A stretch of 64,000 nucleotides of DNA from positions 4,547,648 to 4,611,647 of the forward strand of contig MU058718.1 in assembly GCA_013265495.1 (NCBI GenBank), given 5' to 3'. The translations under genes and the position numbers were made by a program. The stretch is from Vicugna vicugna. Lineage: Eukaryota. Each line of letters begins with the position of its first letter. The stretch's first letter is position 1. Below, one piece after another: positions 59,526-64,000 of this stretch. The notes below the pieces were generated by a model. It did not search any database, was not told the DNA's origin, and saw nothing but the letters and a program-made list of their open reading frames with translations.

Positions 59526-61842
59526 ACCAGTCCCACCTGCCTTAAACTGGTTTCAGCATCTTAAATCTTGCTGTTGAAATTATGCACAAAAGTCTGACAT
59601 TTCTCAGTGACTATTAATTTGTATGAAAGCCAAGCTAGGAGCAGTCAGGAAACCAGGATATTTCTGAACTTAAATTCTCCTATCTTTAAAATCTCTTGCA
59701 CTACTTGTATCTTGCCTTTGCATCCCTACTTTTTGCAAACATCTTTGGTACTGAACTATAGGATGTCTGTTATTCTTTGAATTTCTTTGATTCTTTTGTC
59801 TGTTGGGTATATGGTCCTTCACAGAGGGAGTCGGGTGGAGAAGGAGCTCAGCAGAAGTGTGAAGGCCTTAATACTCCATTTCACTTTTGGCTGTCTTCAT
59901 GTATCATGGAAAAACCCTCACATATTCACGTTTCAATGACAATCTAGGAAAGAGAATGATTTTCTTTAATATCTTTAGAAAAATCTTTAAGAATGGATTT
60001 TGTATAATTTGAGAGCAGTCTTTCCAGCTCAGAAGTAGAAAATTTGTTCAATTTGCATCTATTGTTTTAATCTTTAGCTAATTTAGATACTGCACAGATC
60101 ATCTTTGATCTGAAAATCTGTTTTGAAGGCATTCCACATATTGAAGGAGACAAGTTGATGAGAAACGTGGTGACGCTGACTTCTTCAATAAAAAAAAAAT
60201 CAGCTCCTGTAGCAAGACTTTTGTGTCGCTTTGGGTTTGTGCAGCTGTGCAATAGGCATTTTGAGATATAGAAATATCATACTTGGGGGAAATTTTGCTG
60301 GCTTTGGGGATAGTAAAATAGAAAGTTTGGAACTTGGAATGGTCCCTGAGTGTCTGAGTCAACAGTAGCGATAATCAGAGAACTTTCTTTCAATTTGGTT
60401 TGAGAGAATTTGGCTGGACTGAGTAGAAATTCCTCTGATAGTATCTGAATAAAAATTCAGCCTACTAAGACAATCCAGGCTCCACCAAACTACTATTTTA
60501 CCCCAGATAAATGGAGTAAGCGTGCTAGCAAATATTCCTGACTCTGAAATCTCCAGATGTACATGGTGTCTGATTTCTCTAGTGCATATTCTGATCATAT
60601 TTAGTCCAAACTCCCCAGAAGGTGCCTTTCTGTTTTGCTCAAGTTTAATAAGAATGCTTGGCTGTACTTCTTGAAGGAAGGCTAAGGGTAGGAATATATT
60701 AATTTACTCCGAATGACAATTAGAGAGATCTCTATTATCATCATGGACTCTGTCATCTGTCAGTTTGCCAAGCATGAAAAAACATATGATTGCTGCATAG
60801 TACCCAATGGGAAAAATGGAATTCTCCTCAAATGTATAACATTTTAATTTACCTCATGAAACCTCCAGGGGAGCTGCTACTTACAATTCTGTGAGTTCAG
60901 TTGCTTTTGGAGGGGAGCAAATGCAACCAGGAACCGCCATACACACAGCCAGCGATGCAGAGACTTCGCTGTGGCTGCTTCTGTCTGCTCTTCTGCTATT
61001 GCAAGTATAAAACGTTGGGAGTTCACAGTATATGCTGATACCTTGATTAAGGAATTTTCTGGAAAGTGAGATCTATCACAACAGCAGTGTTAAAAAGAAG
61101 GAACCTGAAGCTGATGTAAACTTGTGCAAATGCTGGCCTTGAGTTTGTGCCATTTTGAAGAAATAAACAGCCCCAGCCTCCAGGTGCCTCTGTCTCGCTG
61201 ATGGTGATGACCTCTGTGAGGCTGGATGTCAGCATGCTCAGCCTCTCATCTTTCCCATCCCACCTCAGCACCTTCCTTTCCCCCAAAGTTGGGAAAGATC
61301 TGAGCTCAGCTAGGCACTGAGAGGTTAAGCCTTCTCTTTTCTACTTAGGGGAATTCTCTGCCTCCTATTTTAACTGAATTTCTGACCAGGAATTGTGCTT
61401 AGAAACTCTCTACCACAGTAACCCATCAAGTTATGGAATTGTTTCACATCCTTAGCAAAATAATACCAGCCCATGTAATGACTCCCTAGTTATGGATATA
61501 ATCACTACAAATAGGGAATAGAGAATTTCTCTTTTGGGAGATTGGCTTAGTAGTGGCTTAATATTTCTTAATGATCATATAATTCATAGCCTGTATAATC
61601 CATAAACCAGTACATTGACTTTCTATTTCCTCCAACCCTTTTTGTGCCTCTATTTGGAATTTCCAATCACTAGACATCCATTCATTCATTCATTCATGCT
61701 ACTGCATACCAGCCTCTGAATAGCATGTGCAAAAAAGAGTTACAATTGCAGCTCAGTTCATTTCTACTGGAAACTCTCCAGCTTGCTGGAAGGACCTCAT
61801 GTTCTCATTGGCTTTGATGGCGAAGGGTTAGTTCTGAGTCGG

Positions 61843-62347
61843 TGTATTTATTTTCTATTACTGCTCTAACAAATTATCGCAAACTTAGTTATCCAAACAG
61901 TACAGATTTGTTACTTACGGTTCCGTAGTTCAAAAGTCTGAATGGGTTTCCCTGGGCTGAGATGGAGCTGATAGGGCTGCATTTCTTTTGGAGGTTTTAG
62001 GGGAGATGTGTTTCCTTGCCTTTTCCATCTAGAAGCTGCCTGCATTCCTTGGTTTGTGTCCCTTCATCCATCGTCAAAGCCGGCAATGGCAGGTCGAGTC
62101 CTTCTTATGTTGCTTCTCTCTGGCCCTTCTTCTGTTACTGTATCTCTCTCTCTCATTGCAGCTAGGAAAGTGTCTCCATTTTTAAGAACTCACACAATTA
62201 GCTTGAGCCCATCCAAGTAATTCAGGATAATCTCCTCATCTCAAAGTCTTTAACCTTAGTGACACTTTTTGCTATATAAGGTAACATATTCACAGGTTCG
62301 GGGAGTAGGATGTGGACATCCGTGGGGCCACTATTCTGCCCCCCACA
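61843..62347 (-). mobile_element. MaLR LTR (MLT1D-like), full length
   Basis: tgtatttattttctattactgctctaacaaatt...gtaacatattcacaggtt...ctattctgccccccaca; 5-bp flanks gtcgg/gtagg. Confidence 0.85.
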
Positions 62348-63068
62348 GTAGGGTATGGAGAAGCTATTCAACTCTTGTAGTCTTTTCAAGTACATGATTT
62401 TAAATGAAAAAAGTCTATTTATGAAAGCAGTGTCATTATTTAATAAGCGAAGGATAAAGCTACAGTCTTGACTAATTTACTGAAGGGCATGTTCACAGAT
62501 CTAGTAGGTGCTATATTTGGCTCCTAGAAGGCAAATGTTTTTCCATCACTATAACCGAAGCACACTGAAAGACTGAAAGATTCAGTAAGTAGAGAATAAA
62601 ACAAGATCCACAGGCCTGCCAAATTCCAGGAAAATCTGGACTAATGTTCTATATTGTATTTTCTCTCTCAAAAGAAAAGACAAAACCCAAATAGTTTAAC
62701 TGAATACAGAAAACTTCACATGAAAAAGACAAGTTACCATTTTTCCAGCATCTATAGACATACTTTCTTGTTTTCAAAATAATTTACTTTCTTGGTGAAC
62801 TTGGTCAAAATGGAAGCTATTGGAATAGTTTCTTGTCTTGGTACAAACTGGATGAGAAAATTTCTTATTACTGTTTCCTAATTGGTACACAAGGAAAATC
62901 TCTAAAACAGCACTCTGTTTTCTGAGAAGTTGAAGATCCCCAGTGCAGAAATGGCAGTGATGGGATGTGGATGAAGTGATGTTTGGACCATGAAAAATGG
63001 ACAGGTGATGGGGCAGCAGTGTTGTGCACATGACTGGAGGTCAGACTTAACATGAGACCATAACTTAC

Positions 63069-63108
63069 TTTTTTTTTTTTTTTGATTTCGGAATTTGTTT
63101 GTATGTAT

Positions 63109-63139
<31 letters not shown>

Positions 63140-64000
63140 TTCATTCATTCATTCATTCATTCATTTTAGTTGAAGTTGAATCAGTTTACAATGCTGTGTC
63201 AATTTTGGGTGTTCAGCATAATGTTTCAGTAGTAAATATACATCCATATGTTCCTTTTCATACTCTTTTTCATTACAGGTTACTACAAGATATTGAATAT
63301 AGTTCCTTGTGTTATATAGAAGAGACTTGTTTATCTATTTTATATATAGTAGTTAGTATTTGCAAATCTTTATTTTAAGTGAAATCAAGTTTATTTAGAG
63401 AGATACACACTCCATAGACAGAGTCTGGTCCATCTTACTCAGAAGGGAAGGCAACTTAGGCAATACACACTCCAGAAGCAGAATGTGGGCCATCTTAACA
63501 AGTGAGAGGGAGAGAGACTGAGAGGTGTGGGGGTGTTTAGTTTAAAGTAAAAGTAGATACACACTCCATAGACAGAGTGTGGGCCATCTCAGAAGGCAGG
63601 AGAGAGCGAGAGAGCGAGAAAGACAGAGAGACCGACCAGAGTATTTGCAAATCTTGAACCCCCAATTTATCCCTTTCCACCTTCTTTCCCTCCTGGTAAC
63701 TGTAAGTTTGTTTTCTATGTCTGTGAGTCTGTTTCTGTTTTGTAAATAAGTTCATTTGTGTCTTTTTTTAAAGGTTCCACATACAAGTGACATAATATGA
63801 TATTTTTCTTTCTTTTTCTGGCTTACTTCACTTACAATGACAATCTCCCAGGTCCATCCATGTTGCTGTAAAGGGCATTATTTTATTCTTTTTTATAACT
63901 GAATGGTATTCCATTGTATAAATATACCACAACTTCTTTATCCAGGCATCTGTCAATGGACATTTAGGATGCTTCCATGTCTTGGCTGTTGTAAACAGTG
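63069..64000 (-). mobile_element. Camelid-type L1 3' region (runs off the window) interrupted at 63371-63639
   Basis: T/(TTTA)n/(TTCA)n tail; ttgaagttgaatcagtttacaatg; resumes gaacccccaatttatccc...ggtccatccatgttgctg. Confidence 0.92.
63371..63639 (-). mobile_element. Retroposed LTR R-region transcript (LTR-derived SINE-like element)
   Basis: Three gatacacactccatagacagagtgtgggccatct-type subrepeats; minus-strand AATAAA 63390-63395, then 13 nt and an aaaata tail; perfect 16-bp TSD agtatttgcaaatctt at 63355-63370 and 63640-63655. Confidence 0.8.

Noticed and set aside
60099..60272. Open coding-like exon (IIFDLKICFEGIPHIEGDK...)
   Set aside because: No pyrimidine tract or good donor, contains an A10 run, and the peptide is not recognised.
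60923..61010. Signal-peptide-like first coding exon (MQPGTAIHTASDAETSLWLLLSALLLLQ)
   Set aside because: Poor donor (CAA|gtataa), in-frame stop follows, no promoter features, no known match.
1..64000. All listed ORFs as protein-coding genes, and naming the host gene
   Set aside because: The ORFs are short, many start at non-ATG codons, and they overlap repeats or low complexity. The only recognisable peptides are L1 remnants, and no coding exon allows a gene symbol.

Overview
Mammalian, repeat-rich, apparently non-coding DNA. It is very likely camelid (camel/alpaca/vicuna), judged from nine tRNA-Ala(AGC)-derived Vic-1-type SINEs and many lineage-type L1 3' ends. I recognise no protein-coding exon, and the supplied ORFs are spurious or L1 ORF1/ORF2 remnants. 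CpG-enriched patches with good + strand splice donors (about 14.8-14.9 kb, 17.0-17.9 kb and 32.9-33.3 kb), plus a strong antisense bias of young L1s, suggest the 5' non-coding end and long intron(s) of a + strand gene. I cannot name that gene. The rest is a nested mosaic of L1, L2, L3, MIR, MaLR/ERVL/ERV1 LTRs and Tigger/hAT fossils, with one 92-N gap. Repeat family names are recalled from consensus sequences, not from a database search. The most interesting signal is two related inserts (9230-9640 and 63371-63639) made of the transcribed part of an ERV1-like LTR (R, or R-U5 plus flank). They have no U3, end in A-rich tails and have 10- and 16-bp target-site duplications, so they look like LTR transcripts retroposed by L1 and may represent an LTR-derived SINE-like family. 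Also notable are a sense solo LTR with nine CCAAT boxes, a variant poly(A) signal and a splice donor at its end; a tailless tRNA/SINE retrocopy; and a chimeric old/young L1.
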